A stretch of 58,111 nucleotides of DNA, from contig JAYPVM010000009.1 in assembly GCA_038134595.1 (NCBI GenBank), forward strand, positions 1 through 58,111. The letters are read 5' to 3'. This DNA comes from Pseudomonadota bacterium (GTDB lineage Bacteria; Bdellovibrionota_C; UBA2361; OMII01). Shown here piece after piece: positions 36,732 through 47,690 of this stretch. The translations under genes were made by a program, and so were the position numbers. The notes under the pieces were generated by a model. That model was not told the origin of the DNA, ran no database searches, and saw nothing but the letters and a program-made list of their open reading frames with translations. How positions within the stretch are numbered: position 1 is the first letter of the stretch; each line of letters starts with the position of its first letter.

Positions 36732-38024
36732 TTATCCGGCGGCGCTAAAGTACCCCTTTATTCCATCAGCGATACTCTCGGCCAGGGACTGGCGAAACGA
36801 TTCCCTCGACAGAAGACCTCCCTCGTAGGGATGATCGATAAAAAAAGCCTCGAGTAATACGCAGGGCATATGCGCTCCTACCAGAACATAAAAGGGTGCC
36901 TTCTTTACCCCTAATGATCTTAGTTTTTTATTTTTACGTATTACTGTATTATGAACCGACTGTTCAATAGTATGAGCAAGAACTATCGAATCCTCTAGCT
37001 TCCCACTCTGAATGAGGTCGCTTAAAATAAACGACAGGTCATCGGTCGTTCCACCTAAGGAAACTCCGTTTTCACGCTCCGCAAGCTTTCGACTCGATTC
37101 GTCGTCAGTATTGTCTAAGTAGTAGACTTCAAATCCTCGCTGCGTATGTCGCTCCGATGCATTTACGTGCAAGCTAACAAAGATATCGGCAGCTTTCAAA
37201 TTCGCGAGCGCAGTTCGACGGCTAAGTGGAAGAAATGCATCGGATTCGCGAGTGACATATACGGAATACAAACCCGACGACTCAAGGATACCTTTAATCC
37301 GTCTCGCTAAGTCGAGAGTTACAACCTTTTCAACCAACTGCCCCCTGGAACGGGCCCCTGAATCTTCCCCTCCATGCCCCGGATCCAGCACAACCAGTCT
37401 ATGCTGAACACGATCGGAAAAGTCCCGCACTCGATGCCTTAACCTCGGAGTTTCCAAAAAATCACTGGGAACAAAGCGCTGAAAGGTTTGATTCATCAGG
37501 CCCTGGAGTCTACCTCGAAGTTTCTCCCTAAGCTTACCTCCGAGGTTTAGCGCCCAGAGCTTCTGAAATATAAGTCGCGCAAGATAGGGCTTGCCCTGAT
37601 ATAATTTCAAGTCTCCTTTTAATAGAAACGCTTCATGCTGAGCGCTCGAATACCTAAACCTTCGATCGAGCAAATCCGGTCTATACCGTGAAAGATAGCG
37701 CTCAGCTCTCAGTAGATGGCTCTCATCTCGATTATTTCGATACAAGCGCAGCTCGACCTGCGCTGCAAACACGTTTCCTAGATCACTTTGTCCAGAGCGA
37801 AGAGAACTAGGACCAACTGCCGCTAAGTCCTGCCACTTAGAAGCATACTCAACTCGAGCGCCAGTAGGATCAAGATTTCTAAGCCGCATAAATTGAGAGA
37901 TAAATTGCTCACTTCCTAACGTCTCTTCACCAATGACGGTTGAGGGAAAGAACGACGACAACCAGATTATTATAGCCACGAAAAGTGTGGGTACATTACA
38001 ACTCGAGTGTAATCGAAAACTCAT
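36732..38024 (-). CDS. N-acetylmuramoyl-L-alanine amidase (Amidase_3, AmiC-like)
   Basis: Signal peptide; VVLDPGHGGEDSGA, EKVVTL, FVSLHVNA, LAEREN and APFYVLVGAHMPCVLLE motifs. Confidence 0.92.
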   Translation of the reverse strand: MSFRLHSSCNVPTLFVAIIIWLSSFFPSTVIGEETLGSEQFISQFMRLRNLDPTGARVEYASKWQDLAAVGPSSLRSGQSDLGNVFAAQVELRLYRNNRDESHLLRAERYLSRYRPDLLDRRFRYSSAQHEAFLLKGDLKLYQGKPYLARLIFQKLWALNLGGKLREKLRGRLQGLMNQTFQRFVPSDFLETPRLRHRVRDFSDRVQHRLVVLDPGHGGEDSGARSRGQLVEKVVTLDLARRIKGILESSGLYSVYVTRESDAFLPLSRRTALANLKAADIFVSLHVNASERHTQRGFEVYYLDNTDDESSRKLAERENGVSLGGTTDDLSFILSDLIQSGKLEDSIVLAHTIEQSVHNTVIRKNKKLRSLGVKKAPFYVLVGAHMPCVLLEAFFIDHPYEGGLLSRESFRQSLAESIADGIKGYFSAAG

Positions 38025-38030
38025 AGAGCG

Positions 38031-40700
38031 TTAATCCTTGCTAGAAATAAGCGCCTTTAGCGAATACACACTTTCTAGTGCTTGACGGGGTGTCATGTTA
38101 TCCGGAGTAAGAGCTCGTAGGGCAGCTCGAATCGCATCATCCTGTTTATCACGAACACACTTTTCAACTACAACCGGCCGGTTCTGATCAAACAAAGACC
38201 TCTGTCGCACCCCATTTGTTACATCATTACTAGAGAAGCTATCTAGAAGAGAACTCGCTCGGTCAAGAATCCGTGCAGGAAGCCCTGAGAGTTTTGCAAC
38301 TTCGAGTCCATACGACTTTCGGGCCGGTCCAGCTTCAATGGAGTGAGTAAACACAATTCGATCCCCATCATCTACCGAGCCAACCGAAAGGTTTCGGATT
38401 GCAGAGCCTGTCTCTGCAAGTGCCGTCAAATCATGGTAATGAGTGGCGAAGAGTGTACGACTACAAATTTTTTCACTTAATTCTTCTAAAATGGCTTGGG
38501 CCAGAGATTGCCCATCACTTGTCGCGGTTCCACGCCCTAACTCATCAATCAACACAAGAGATTTGTCCGTAGCGTGGTTTATGATATACGAAGCTTCTCT
38601 CATCTCGACCATGAACGTAGACTCACCCTCGTGCAAATTGTCAGCCGCTCCCAGTCTAGCAAAGATCCGGTCGACCACTCCTACCTCCGCTGAGCGTGCC
38701 GGAACGTTGCTCCCTATCTGTGCCAGAATAGTGATGAGCGCAACCTGCCGAAGAAATGTCGACTTCCCCCCCATATTAGGTCCCGTCACTATGCAGCAAC
38801 AGTGATCGGTGTCGCTCTTAAACGTGATCGAATTGGGAATGAAGGCTCCGCCGATTATTTTCTCAATTACTGGGTGTCTGCCATCCTGGATGCGTAATCG
38901 CCGATCCGAATACAAATCCGGCTTAATCCAATTATTCTCATCGGCCAAACACGCCAGGCAAGATAAAACATCGAGGAGAGATAGCGAACTAGCAATTCTT
39001 CTAATATCACCTACGTAGCTTTTCAAGCCCTCCCGCAGTTCGAGAAAAATCTCCATTTCGAGATCACTCTGCTTATTAATTGCATTCGTAATCTCTTCCT
39101 CAAACTTCTGAAGCTCCGGCACAACAAACCGCTCAGTGTTCGCTGTGCTCTGCCTCCGTTGGTAGTGCGACGGAGCTTTGGAAGACTGCGCTTTAGATAT
39201 TTCGATAAAGTAGCCAAGGACACCATTTGACTTGACCTTCAACGCAGAAATCCCAGATTTACTCCTCTCCTGAAGTTCGAATGAGTCTCTCCACGCTTCC
39301 GCACTGTCCCTTAGGGCGAGTATACGATCAAGCTCGGGATTAAAACCCCCTTTAACTATCCCGCCATCTGTAATTTTATGCGGAGGACTATCAACCAACG
39401 AGTCTTGTAACGGGCGTAAAAGTCCTTTTGGTATAACAAGCTCATCGACTGCCTTTTTCACAATATCTTCTCGACAATGCGCGAGCAGGTCTTGCAGTCT
39501 AACAACTCGTTCTAAGGTGTCTCTTAAGGCCCCCAGATCTTTGGGTGACGCAAGTCCCAACTGAAGCCTTGCGGCAATTCTTTCGAGATCAGACATAGAC
39601 GTACACAAAGCAGCTACATCACTATGCAGGTCTCGCAAGATCTCAACACCTTGTTGACGACGCAGCAACTCCGAAACATCTTTTTGTGGATTAGAGAGCC
39701 AACGGCGAAGCAAACGTCGCCCACCACCAGTAGATGTTCGATTTATACTATGGAACAGAGACCCGATACTGCTACCATCTCTCGAGTTTGCAAACAGTTC
39801 GAGATTGTCCCGTGTTGCCGCATCGATAACCACAGTATCAACCTCTTTAGATATTGAAATAGCAACGATTGGTACAACGTTACCGATCGAAATCTCGTCA
39901 AGGTAGCCTACGAGAAGCTTTACCGCATTTTTTGTGGTCGGACTCAGGGACTGTATATCGCTACGAACACCTGATAGCACCTCAGAGATTGCACCTGAGC
40001 TAAGTGCGTCAAGATCACGGAAGCGCAGCGCAATGCTGTTGCCAACATGAGAACCCAAGGTACGCGCAACAATCGACCGACCGTCAAGTTTGACACCCTC
40101 TACACGCTGTGGAAGTATTAATTCCCGGGCCGACAATCCACCAATCTCGCGACCAGCTTCCGATAGCTCCAGATCCTCGCGAACATAAATAACCCCGGTC
40201 TGCGGGTCTGTAAAAGCAAAGGATGCAATCGATGCATCGAGACTTAACGATGCGGCGACTATATAATTCTCACCTTGATCCGAGCAGGAATCGGTAAAAA
40301 GCCTCATACCAGGGGTAACAAAACGCTCTAGTGCCCTACTAACGCCCTGTCCAGAACCAGTCTGACTGACGACCGCCACAGAGAAACCCAACGGCAACAA
40401 CCTATCAATATAAGAATCGAGCACTGATAGCGGCACCCCGCACATTGGTATCGGATTTGCGCTATTTTTATCTCGTGACGTTAGCGTCAGATTGAGCGAA
40501 CTAGATACGGTAACAGCGTCGTCATAAAACAACTCGTAAAAATCGCCCACCTGAAAAAAAAGCAATGCATCCGAGTATCTCTCTTTATACTCAACATACT
40601 GCACCATCATAGGCGGAAGGCCCGTTTTATCGACAGGAAAGCCCACGTTGTTCCTCCAAGCTAAACCAACGTTAGAGTATCGAAAGTCCGACAAAGACAC
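38031..40700 (-). CDS. mutS: DNA mismatch repair protein MutS
   Basis: PMMVQY, GDFYELF, TGPNMGGKSTFLRQ, STFMVEM, DELGRGT, FATHY and SYGLEVA motifs. Confidence 0.97.
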   Translation of the reverse strand: MSLSDFRYSNVGLAWRNNVGFPVDKTGLPPMMVQYVEYKERYSDALLFFQVGDFYELFYDDAVTVSSSLNLTLTSRDKNSANPIPMCGVPLSVLDSYIDRLLPLGFSVAVVSQTGSGQGVSRALERFVTPGMRLFTDSCSDQGENYIVAASLSLDASIASFAFTDPQTGVIYVREDLELSEAGREIGGLSARELILPQRVEGVKLDGRSIVARTLGSHVGNSIALRFRDLDALSSGAISEVLSGVRSDIQSLSPTTKNAVKLLVGYLDEISIGNVVPIVAISISKEVDTVVIDAATRDNLELFANSRDGSSIGSLFHSINRTSTGGGRRLLRRWLSNPQKDVSELLRRQQGVEILRDLHSDVAALCTSMSDLERIAARLQLGLASPKDLGALRDTLERVVRLQDLLAHCREDIVKKAVDELVIPKGLLRPLQDSLVDSPPHKITDGGIVKGGFNPELDRILALRDSAEAWRDSFELQERSKSGISALKVKSNGVLGYFIEISKAQSSKAPSHYQRRQSTANTERFVVPELQKFEEEITNAINKQSDLEMEIFLELREGLKSYVGDIRRIASSLSLLDVLSCLACLADENNWIKPDLYSDRRLRIQDGRHPVIEKIIGGAFIPNSITFKSDTDHCCCIVTGPNMGGKSTFLRQVALITILAQIGSNVPARSAEVGVVDRIFARLGAADNLHEGESTFMVEMREASYIINHATDKSLVLIDELGRGTATSDGQSLAQAILEELSEKICSRTLFATHYHDLTALAETGSAIRNLSVGSVDDGDRIVFTHSIEAGPARKSYGLEVAKLSGLPARILDRASSLLDSFSSNDVTNGVRQRSLFDQNRPVVVEKCVRDKQDDAIRAALRALTPDNMTPRQALESVYSLKALISSKD

Positions 40701-40803
40701 GAAACAGAGTATAAATTAACCACGCTAAGACTTGGATTGCAATTAGAAGTTCTTGAAATAATGGCCAATCATTTTGGGCTGTAGTGGCATCTAGATTAGA
40801 GAG

Positions 40804-41187
40804 ATGGACTTAAAGGTCTCAATGAGTATTCTTACCACAATAGCAATAGTAGACGATAACAAGGCAGTATTACGCTCCTTAGAGCTGACTCTTAACGTAC
40901 TCGGAATAAAGCCCATAACATTCAACTGCCCGCTACAGGCACTTGCTGAGCTTTCCCACCAACCGGGGCGACTACTCGCCCTTACCGATCTCAGAATGCC
41001 AGACCTTACAGGCGACCGCCTCGCCATAGCGCTTAAAGAGGCGAAGCCTGAAAGCCACATTATTCTAATGTCTGGCCATGCCACCAATGATGATATCCAA
41101 TATTTAATCCCACAGGTCATCGCAGGATTCCTAACAAAGCCATTCAATGCAAGTCAATTTATGGAAATCGCGCTTCCGTATCTCTAG
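40804..41187 (+). CDS. Single-domain response regulator
   Basis: IAIVDD, LTDLRMP, MSGH and FLTKPF motifs. Confidence 0.9.
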   Translation: MDLKVSMSILTTIAIVDDNKAVLRSLELTLNVLGIKPITFNCPLQALAELSHQPGRLLALTDLRMPDLTGDRLAIALKEAKPESHIILMSGHATNDDIQYLIPQVIAGFLTKPFNASQFMEIALPYL

Positions 41188-41343
41188 CGCGAGACGGTTA
41201 AGCCGACCACAGCTGTGTCACCAATGAAACGCACAAACTGGTAATTCTCCTGACTACAATGAGCCGCGATTAGCCAGCCTGCGCAACTCGAGGATCCCTA
41301 AAGGGAGTCTTCCAGCGATCCCGAGCACCAACCCAGAAATGAG

Positions 41344-41382
41344 AAAAGAGCACCTCAAGCGGTAAGCTCGAGGTGCTCTTTT
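41344..41382. terminator. Intrinsic terminator, probably bidirectional, downstream of rpsA
   Basis: AAAAGAGCACCTC-aagcggtaagctc-GAGGTGCTCTTTT. Confidence 0.85.
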
Positions 41383-41405
41383 GTATTACATACCTAAAAG
41401 AGGCT

Positions 41406-43145
41406 TTACTCTTTGTCGCCTCCCTTCATCTGCTCGCGAATCAGGTCTCCAAATGTAACCCTTGCGCCCTCATCTGAGCCAAGCATCTGGCCATCGTAAT
41501 CCTTGCCAGCTCGCTCCTTGATAGACCGAGAACTTAGGCTAATCCGACGCTCCGTAGTGTCCACGCTCGTAACTTCAGCCTCTACTTCGCTACCAAGCGG
41601 GAATATCTCAGCGACATCTTGCTCTCGCTCTAAACCAAGTTGAGAATTGTGGATCAATCCTTCCACCCCATTCTCAATCTCAATGAACACTCCAAACTCA
41701 GTAACGGCTGTTACTGCACCCTTAACCTTAGTACCGACTGGGTGCCGCTGTGCGATATTACCCCAAGGATCTTCTGTTAGTTGCTTAATTCCCAGACTCA
41801 ATCGCTCATTGGCCGCATCGATATCAAGAATCACCGCCTCGACATCGTCACCCTTCTTGAACAACTCTCCGATCTCCTTTGGATCCTTTATTCTCTTAGT
41901 CCATGAGAAGTCAGAGATGTGCACGAGCCCATCAATTCCATCCTCAATTCCCACAAAGATACCGAACTCTGTAATCGACCGAACCTTACCGTTAACTTTC
42001 GATCCAATTGGGTGAAGCTGTTGCAGCTCATCCCATGGATTCTGTGTAAGTTGCTTCAGACCCAGGCTAATCCTTTGCTGCTCTGAGTCAATGCCGAGAA
42101 TAACAGCTTCAACGCTATCCCCTTCAGATACAATTTTAGATGGATGCCTGACCTTCTTAGTCCAGCTCATCTCACTGACGTGGATAAGACCCTCAACTCC
42201 CTCTTCAAGCTCAATGAATGCTCCATAGTCTGTAACGGACTTAACCTTACCAGTGACCTTACCACCAATCGGGAACCGCTCATGAGCTGTTATCCATGGA
42301 TCCTCAGAAAGCTGCTTCATTCCGAGACTCACCCTCTCCTTTTCCTGATCGTATTTGAGTACAACCACTGGAACGGTCTGTCCAACAGAGAGTTTTTCCG
42401 ACGGATGGTTTATACGTCCCCAAGAGATGTCAGTAATATGCAGGAGTCCGTCGATACCACCTAAGTCAATAAACGCCCCATAGTCAGTGACATTCTTAAC
42501 AACTCCCTCCATAACAACGCCTTCTTGTAGAACCTTAAGCGTCGCTTCTCGGAGCTCGTCTCTCTCTGTAAGTAGTACAGCCCGTCTGGAAAGAACGATG
42601 TTTCCCTTATCACGGGTGATCTTTAAAACTTTAAACTCGTATTCTTGATCTAAGAACTTATCGAGATTTCGGTGCGGTCGGATATCAATCTGAGATCCTG
42701 GCAGGAATGCCGGAATTCCAATATCAACTTGAAGACCTCCCTTTACTTTCTGAGTAACGAGACCTTTAATCTTTTCGGAGTTCTTGAAAGCCTTCTCTAC
42801 GCTTTCCCAAACTCGTTTCTGGTCGGCTTTCTCCTTAGAAAGGGACACTTGGCCGGACTCGTTCTCCAGAGCGAGAATCAACACGCTAACCTCATCGCCA
42901 ACGCTGACAAGTACTTTACCCTCACCATTTTGAAATTGCTCTGTGGGAACTACGCCCTCGGACTTAAAACCGATATCGACCGAAACCATTTCTTTACCCA
43001 CAGCGGTAACCACACCGGACACCACTTTGCCTGGCTTAATACTGTCGAGCTTCTCTCCAAATAACGCCTCGAACTCTGCTGCAAACGAACCACTAGCTGT
43101 TGAATCGCCGCTACCAAAGGAACCCGCTGATACTGAACTTGCCAT
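41406..43145 (-). CDS. rpsA: 30S ribosomal protein S1
   Basis: Six S1 repeats (DIGFKSEG, AFLPGSQ, YGAFIDLGGIDGLLHITD, EGLIHVSEMSW and others); start at ATG 43145. Confidence 0.97.
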   Translation of the reverse strand: MASSVSAGSFGSGDSTASGSFAAEFEALFGEKLDSIKPGKVVSGVVTAVGKEMVSVDIGFKSEGVVPTEQFQNGEGKVLVSVGDEVSVLILALENESGQVSLSKEKADQKRVWESVEKAFKNSEKIKGLVTQKVKGGLQVDIGIPAFLPGSQIDIRPHRNLDKFLDQEYEFKVLKITRDKGNIVLSRRAVLLTERDELREATLKVLQEGVVMEGVVKNVTDYGAFIDLGGIDGLLHITDISWGRINHPSEKLSVGQTVPVVVLKYDQEKERVSLGMKQLSEDPWITAHERFPIGGKVTGKVKSVTDYGAFIELEEGVEGLIHVSEMSWTKKVRHPSKIVSEGDSVEAVILGIDSEQQRISLGLKQLTQNPWDELQQLHPIGSKVNGKVRSITEFGIFVGIEDGIDGLVHISDFSWTKRIKDPKEIGELFKKGDDVEAVILDIDAANERLSLGIKQLTEDPWGNIAQRHPVGTKVKGAVTAVTEFGVFIEIENGVEGLIHNSQLGLEREQDVAEIFPLGSEVEAEVTSVDTTERRISLSSRSIKERAGKDYDGQMLGSDEGARVTFGDLIREQMKGGDKE

Positions 43146-43266
43146 TATACTTCTTCTAACTCTCACGGTTCTCGTTAAACAAAACAACACCGCCTAAATT
43201 TCTAGTAGATACTCGAACCCTAAAGCATCGACCTTTGCGAAATCTGACAGCACACTGAATCCCGCA

Positions 43267-43295
43267 AGTATGTCGAAATTAAGTCAAAACGTCAA
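43267..43295 (-). promoter_or_regulatory. Putative sigma70 promoter of rpsA
   Basis: Minus strand reads TTGACG-17 nt-CATACT. Confidence 0.6.
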
Positions 43296-43359
43296 GCAAG
43301 CGCCCTGGTTAAACACCAAGACATGTGAATAATTACAGGGTTATAGGAGCCCCGCACTC

Positions 43360-44019
43360 TTACTGGTCAAATAGCGCCCTCGATTCCTCGTCCTGGGCGC
43401 GACGAAAATAACGTTCCGTGTCAGCACGGCCTATCCAAGGACTTTTGAAAAAAGTAAAAAGGGTGCGGAAATAGTCCAGCTCTCCTCTACTGAGCCCCCT
43501 TTGGCTAAGAACAATCGACGCAAAACGCGAAACAGCAGCGAAAACCTGGCCGCTATCACGATCTAGCTCAAACATCTCCTGTCCAAGCCTACTAACACCG
43601 TCAATTGTCGGGGTGGAAGGGATTCTTCGGGGATAGGGAACATTCATCAAACCTCCTACCTGCCCTTGCCTCTGTGTAGATGGGCGACAAGCCGAGGCAA
43701 ACTCATTTAATAGAGCTCGGCACGTTGCACAGCTAGCCTCTTTTCTGGAGCTTTTGCTCGCCACCTCGCGGATGAGAGCATCCCTCTGGTCAGCCGCCAA
43801 TCCATTACAGACAAGTTTTATGAGGGAAGAAAACCTTGAGAATGAATAGATGTGCTGAGAGCTATTACCAGCCTTGTCAATGCCAGTTTCATCTGAAGGA
43901 ATCGAATCGAATCGGGGCGAAAATGAAACATCATCGGCTCTACCGCTACCACAAAGAGATAGATAGAGCAGTGAGAGGACCGCCAAAAAAGCAACCCGAT
44001 GTGAAAAGAATCTACACAT
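43360..44019 (-). CDS. Exported Cys-containing hypothetical protein
   Basis: Hydrophobic N-terminus; LVCNG, SCATCR and SACRP. Confidence 0.6.
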   Translation of the reverse strand: MCRFFSHRVAFLAVLSLLYLSLCGSGRADDVSFSPRFDSIPSDETGIDKAGNSSQHIYSFSRFSSLIKLVCNGLAADQRDALIREVASKSSRKEASCATCRALLNEFASACRPSTQRQGQVGGLMNVPYPRRIPSTPTIDGVSRLGQEMFELDRDSGQVFAAVSRFASIVLSQRGLSRGELDYFRTLFTFFKSPWIGRADTERYFRRAQDEESRALFDQ

Positions 44020-44116
44020 CCAGAACCGTACACCCCAAAAGAGCGTTCTTCGCCACTCTCAACGATCCACCTACCGCTATTAACGATCACGAACGGTGAG
44101 CTTATTAACTTTGATA

Positions 44117-44155
44117 GCCTGATGGGAGCAAAAACCCTCTTTCCTCCCATCAGGC
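44117..44155 (-). terminator. Hairpin downstream of pnp
   Basis: GCCTGATGGGAG...CTCCCATCAGGC 12-bp stem, 37 bp after the pnp stop; weak U tract. Confidence 0.55.
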
Positions 44156-44192
44156 GCGGACCCGACCCTCGGACCGTCCGCCTAAACGACTC

Positions 44193-46280
44193 CTAAACGG
44201 CTTCCTGCACAGCGTCTTTCATCGTTAGGCGAATCTTGCCCTGACGGTCGATTTCAAGAACTTTCACAGTGACCTCGTCTCCTTCCGAGAGAACATCATC
44301 AACTCGGCGGATTTTTTCCTCGGCAATCTGAGATATATGTACCAAACCATCGGTACCAGGCAGGATTTCAACAAATGCTCCAAAGTCTGCTATTCGCTTC
44401 ACTATGCCTTTGTATACTTTTCCGACGGTAGCCTCTTGCGTAAGGCTCTCTATGATACTGATTGCGTTCTTAACACCTTGCGAGTCGTTACTTGCGATAC
44501 TAACCGTTCCGTCATCCGTAACCTCCATCTTGACACCGCACGATTCTGTGATCGAGCGGATAGTCTTTCCACCAGGGCCGATTATATCTCGAATCTTATC
44601 CGGATTAATCTTTAGCTGAACGATTCTTGGAGCATGCTGACTCAGGTCATCTCTCTTAGTTGAGATAACCTTCGCCATTTCCGAAAGAATGTGGAGCCTT
44701 CCCTCCCGAGCTTGGACCATTGCAGCATCCATAATCTCTCGGCTTAAGCCCTTAATCTTTATGTCCATCTGCAAAGCGGTAATTCCCGCCTCAGTCCCGC
44801 AGACCTTAAAGTCCATATCACCTAAATGGTCTTCGTCTCCCAGGATGTCAGTTAGAACAACATAATTATCCCCTGACTTGATAAGCCCCATCGCCACGCC
44901 TGCCACTGGCGCCTTTATCGGCACGCCGGCATCCATGAGAGACAAGCTAGCGCCACACACAGTCGCCATCGAGCTAGAGCCGTTGCTCTCTGTAATCTCT
45001 GAGACTACACGAATGACATACGGGAATTCTGAAATACTTGGCATTACAATCTTCACAGCTCGCTCTGCGAGAGCTCCGTGACCTATTTCGCGCCTACCTG
45101 GGCCTCGCATCGGCCTTGCCTCTCCAACGGAGAAAGGAGGGAAGTTATAGTGGAGCATGAACGTCTTTGACGTTTCTCCCATAATATTATCAATCCTCTG
45201 AGCTTCTGCTTCCGTTCCCAAGGTCGCAGTCACTATCGATTGTGTTTCACCCCTCGTAAACAATGCAGACCCGTGAGTACGAGGCAGCCAGCCCACTTCT
45301 ATTGATATTGGTCTAACTGTTTTTGTATCTCGACCGTCAAGCCGCTTGCCATCATTTAATGCCATCTCCCGGACGGTGTCGTAATGGGCATCCTCAAAAG
45401 CTCTACCAGCAAGCTTTGCCTGTTGCGTCGCTTCGGCTGACTCCGCATCAACAATTTTTTCAATCAACGGCTGCTTCGCGCCCCCGAGCGCTTCTTTTCG
45501 AGCCAGCTTCTAAACATTCCCAACAGCTACACAAATAAGAGGCCAAACAAAAGCGACCATAGAATCATATGCAGCCTTATCGAACTCCTTAGCCACAACC
45601 TCCATAGTAAGCTTACCAAGCTTCTCCTTTAATTCCCGCTGCATTTCGATAACTATCTGCAACTGATCGTGAGCAAAGAATAGCGCCTCGAGGACTCCGG
45701 CCTCAGGAACCTCTTTTGCTCCACCCTCTACCATCACAATCGCATCCTCAGAGCCTGCAACTATGAAGTTTAAGTCCAACTTGTCGAGCTGCGACTGTGT
45801 GGGGTTTATAATCAACTCCTCACCGATACGACCAACTCGCACCCCGGCTATAGGGCCTTCAAATGGTAGATCCGAGATGGTGAGAGCGGCTGAGGCCCCA
45901 CACATCGCAAGCACGTCCGCGTCATTCTCACCGTCCGACGAGAGAACTGTTGCAACCACCTGAACCTCACGGGTAAACCCTTCGGGAAAGAGTGGACGGC
46001 ACGGCCGGTCTATTAAACGAGAAACCAGCGTTTCCTTTTCAGTTAACTTTCCTTCGCGCTTGAAGAAGCCGCCTGGTATTTTGCCCGCGGCGTACGTCTT
46101 CTCCACGTAATCTACAGTGAGCGGAAAAAAGTCGGCATCCTTGTCTGCGCCATAGCATGCTGTAACAAGCACTACCGTCTCTCCGTACGTTACTAGCACA
46201 GAGCCGGCAGCTTGTTTCGCAATTCTACCGGCTTCTATTGTTAGTCTTTTTCCGTGAAAATCTCGTTCGACTTTAAACAT
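44193..46280 (-). CDS. pnp: Polynucleotide phosphorylase, interrupted by one in-frame TAG at 45510-45512
   Basis: [52 protein letters not shown] and S1 domains. The two listed ORFs share a frame and the gap reads [14 protein letters not shown]. Confidence 0.93.
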
Positions 46281-46444
46281 TTTACTATACCTTTATTTAA
46301 GAATCGGCAGTGAATATACCTCTAAGGCTGACAACGCTAATGAAGCGCGCATATATACAAAGTGCGGCCCACCATTTAATCCTAGCTAAACACTCTTGCT
46401 AAGAGCAATCCGCACGCGGTTCTGCCGTTATATTAATGTAATAA

Positions 46445-46759
46445 CTACTTTCTTAGGCCGAGAGCCGCAATAGTCTTTCTGTAGCGAGACACATCCTCTT
46501 CTCGTAGATACTGCAACAATCGCTTTCTACGCGAAATAAGATCTAGCATTCCTTTCTTAGAATGATTGTCCTTGGGAGACTTCGTGAAATGCTTTGAAAG
46601 CTTCTGCAATCGCTGCGTCAGAAGCGCTACCTGCACCTCCGGCGAACCACAATCTTGAGAGTGAATCTGAAACGACTTGATAACGTCTTGGCTACTTTGA
46701 TTGAGTAGATCAACCTGAACGCCTTTCTCTTTAACAACAGTAGTGTTGTCTGAATCCAT
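46445..46759 (-). CDS. rpsO: 30S ribosomal protein S15
   Basis: DCGSPEVQVALLT, KDNHS, RRKRLLQYL and LGLRK; AGGAG RBS; rpsO-pnp order. Confidence 0.97.
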   Translation of the reverse strand: MDSDNTTVVKEKGVQVDLLNQSSQDVIKSFQIHSQDCGSPEVQVALLTQRLQKLSKHFTKSPKDNHSKKGMLDLISRRKRLLQYLREEDVSRYRKTIAALGLRK

Positions 46760-46852
46760 CTTAACTCCTACAAATATTAAATCCGAAGATATCGGCCATT
46801 TACGCCGCGACTCTCTCCAGTTTGCTCTATACCTCTACAGTATTCGAAGTGG

Positions 46853-46881
46853 AGATTATCAGCGAGAAGCCTAATTGTCAA
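46853..46881 (-). promoter_or_regulatory. Putative sigma70 promoter of rpsO-pnp
   Basis: Minus strand reads TTGACA-17 nt-TAATCT. Confidence 0.65.
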
Positions 46882-46891
46882 AGCACCGTAC

Positions 46892-47686
46892 CTACGCCCT
46901 GTGATGTGGCGCTACGCCTCGCTCTGAAGTCTCTAAAAACGTAATAAAATCAACACCTCTGGGGTTTTCACCAATTAACGCCCTTGCATCAGAAACCCTC
47001 TGCTTAAAAACCCGCCCTGCTGCAGTAGTAAAAACCGTTCTATATACCTCTCTCAAGAGAGCCAAATCCTCTTTTGTACCGCCATTTCGTTCCAACCCCA
47101 CGCGATTCAAGCCCTGAATTGTTGCCCTGTCACCCTGCGCCATGCAATACGGCGGTACGTCTTGAGCAACCATCGCACCCGCCCCAATCATGGAGACACT
47201 TCCGAGTCGTACAAACTGATGAATTCCACTCAATCCCCCGATAATGACTCCGTCAGCAACAACAACGTGACCTGCTAAGGCAGCGCCGTTTGCTATCACA
47301 CACCTATTGCCAACAATTGAATCATGACCCACATGCGTATTGGCCATAAACAGGTTACGGTCGCCAATGACCGTACGCATGCCACCACCCTCCGTTCCGG
47401 GCTGAAGAGTTACGTATTCTCTAATAATATTACCATTTCCAACTATTAGCTCACTCGGCTCACCTCGATACTTAAGATCCTGAGGCTCCGAGCCTATCGA
47501 GGCAAACTGGAATATCTTATTATCCGCGCCTAAAGTCGTATGTCCTTCTACGATAACGTGCGAAGCAATACAGGTTCTCTCACCCAACGTAACGTGCGGC
47601 CCTATAATCGAATATGCCCCGATCTGAGAACCTTCGCCTATCACAGCGTTCTTATCCACGATGGCAGTTGGATGTATTGAGATCAT
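46892..47686 (-). CDS. lpxA: UDP-N-acetylglucosamine O-acyltransferase
   Basis: IHPTAIV, hexapeptide repeats, PQDLKY, HVGHD, IHQFVR and QDVPPY; start at ATG 47686. Confidence 0.96.
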   Translation of the reverse strand: MISIHPTAIVDKNAVIGEGSQIGAYSIIGPHVTLGERTCIASHVIVEGHTTLGADNKIFQFASIGSEPQDLKYRGEPSELIVGNGNIIREYVTLQPGTEGGGMRTVIGDRNLFMANTHVGHDSIVGNRCVIANGAALAGHVVVADGVIIGGLSGIHQFVRLGSVSMIGAGAMVAQDVPPYCMAQGDRATIQGLNRVGLERNGGTKEDLALLREVYRTVFTTAAGRVFKQRVSDARALIGENPRGVDFITFLETSERGVAPHHRA

Positions 47687-47690
47687 CGTC

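Noticed and set aside
41190..41340. Possible ncRNA or tRNA between the response regulator and the rpsA terminator
   Set aside because: Only a short hairpin (GATCCC-taaa-GGGAGTC); no tRNA arms or recognisable RNA family motif.
45510..45512. Amber recoding or pyrrolysine readthrough in pnp
   Set aside because: TAG is the normal stop for many genes here and no pyl genes are present in the window.
46712..46759. N-terminal extension of about 16 aa on S15
   Set aside because: Short variable extensions are common and an internal GTG start is possible; not informative.
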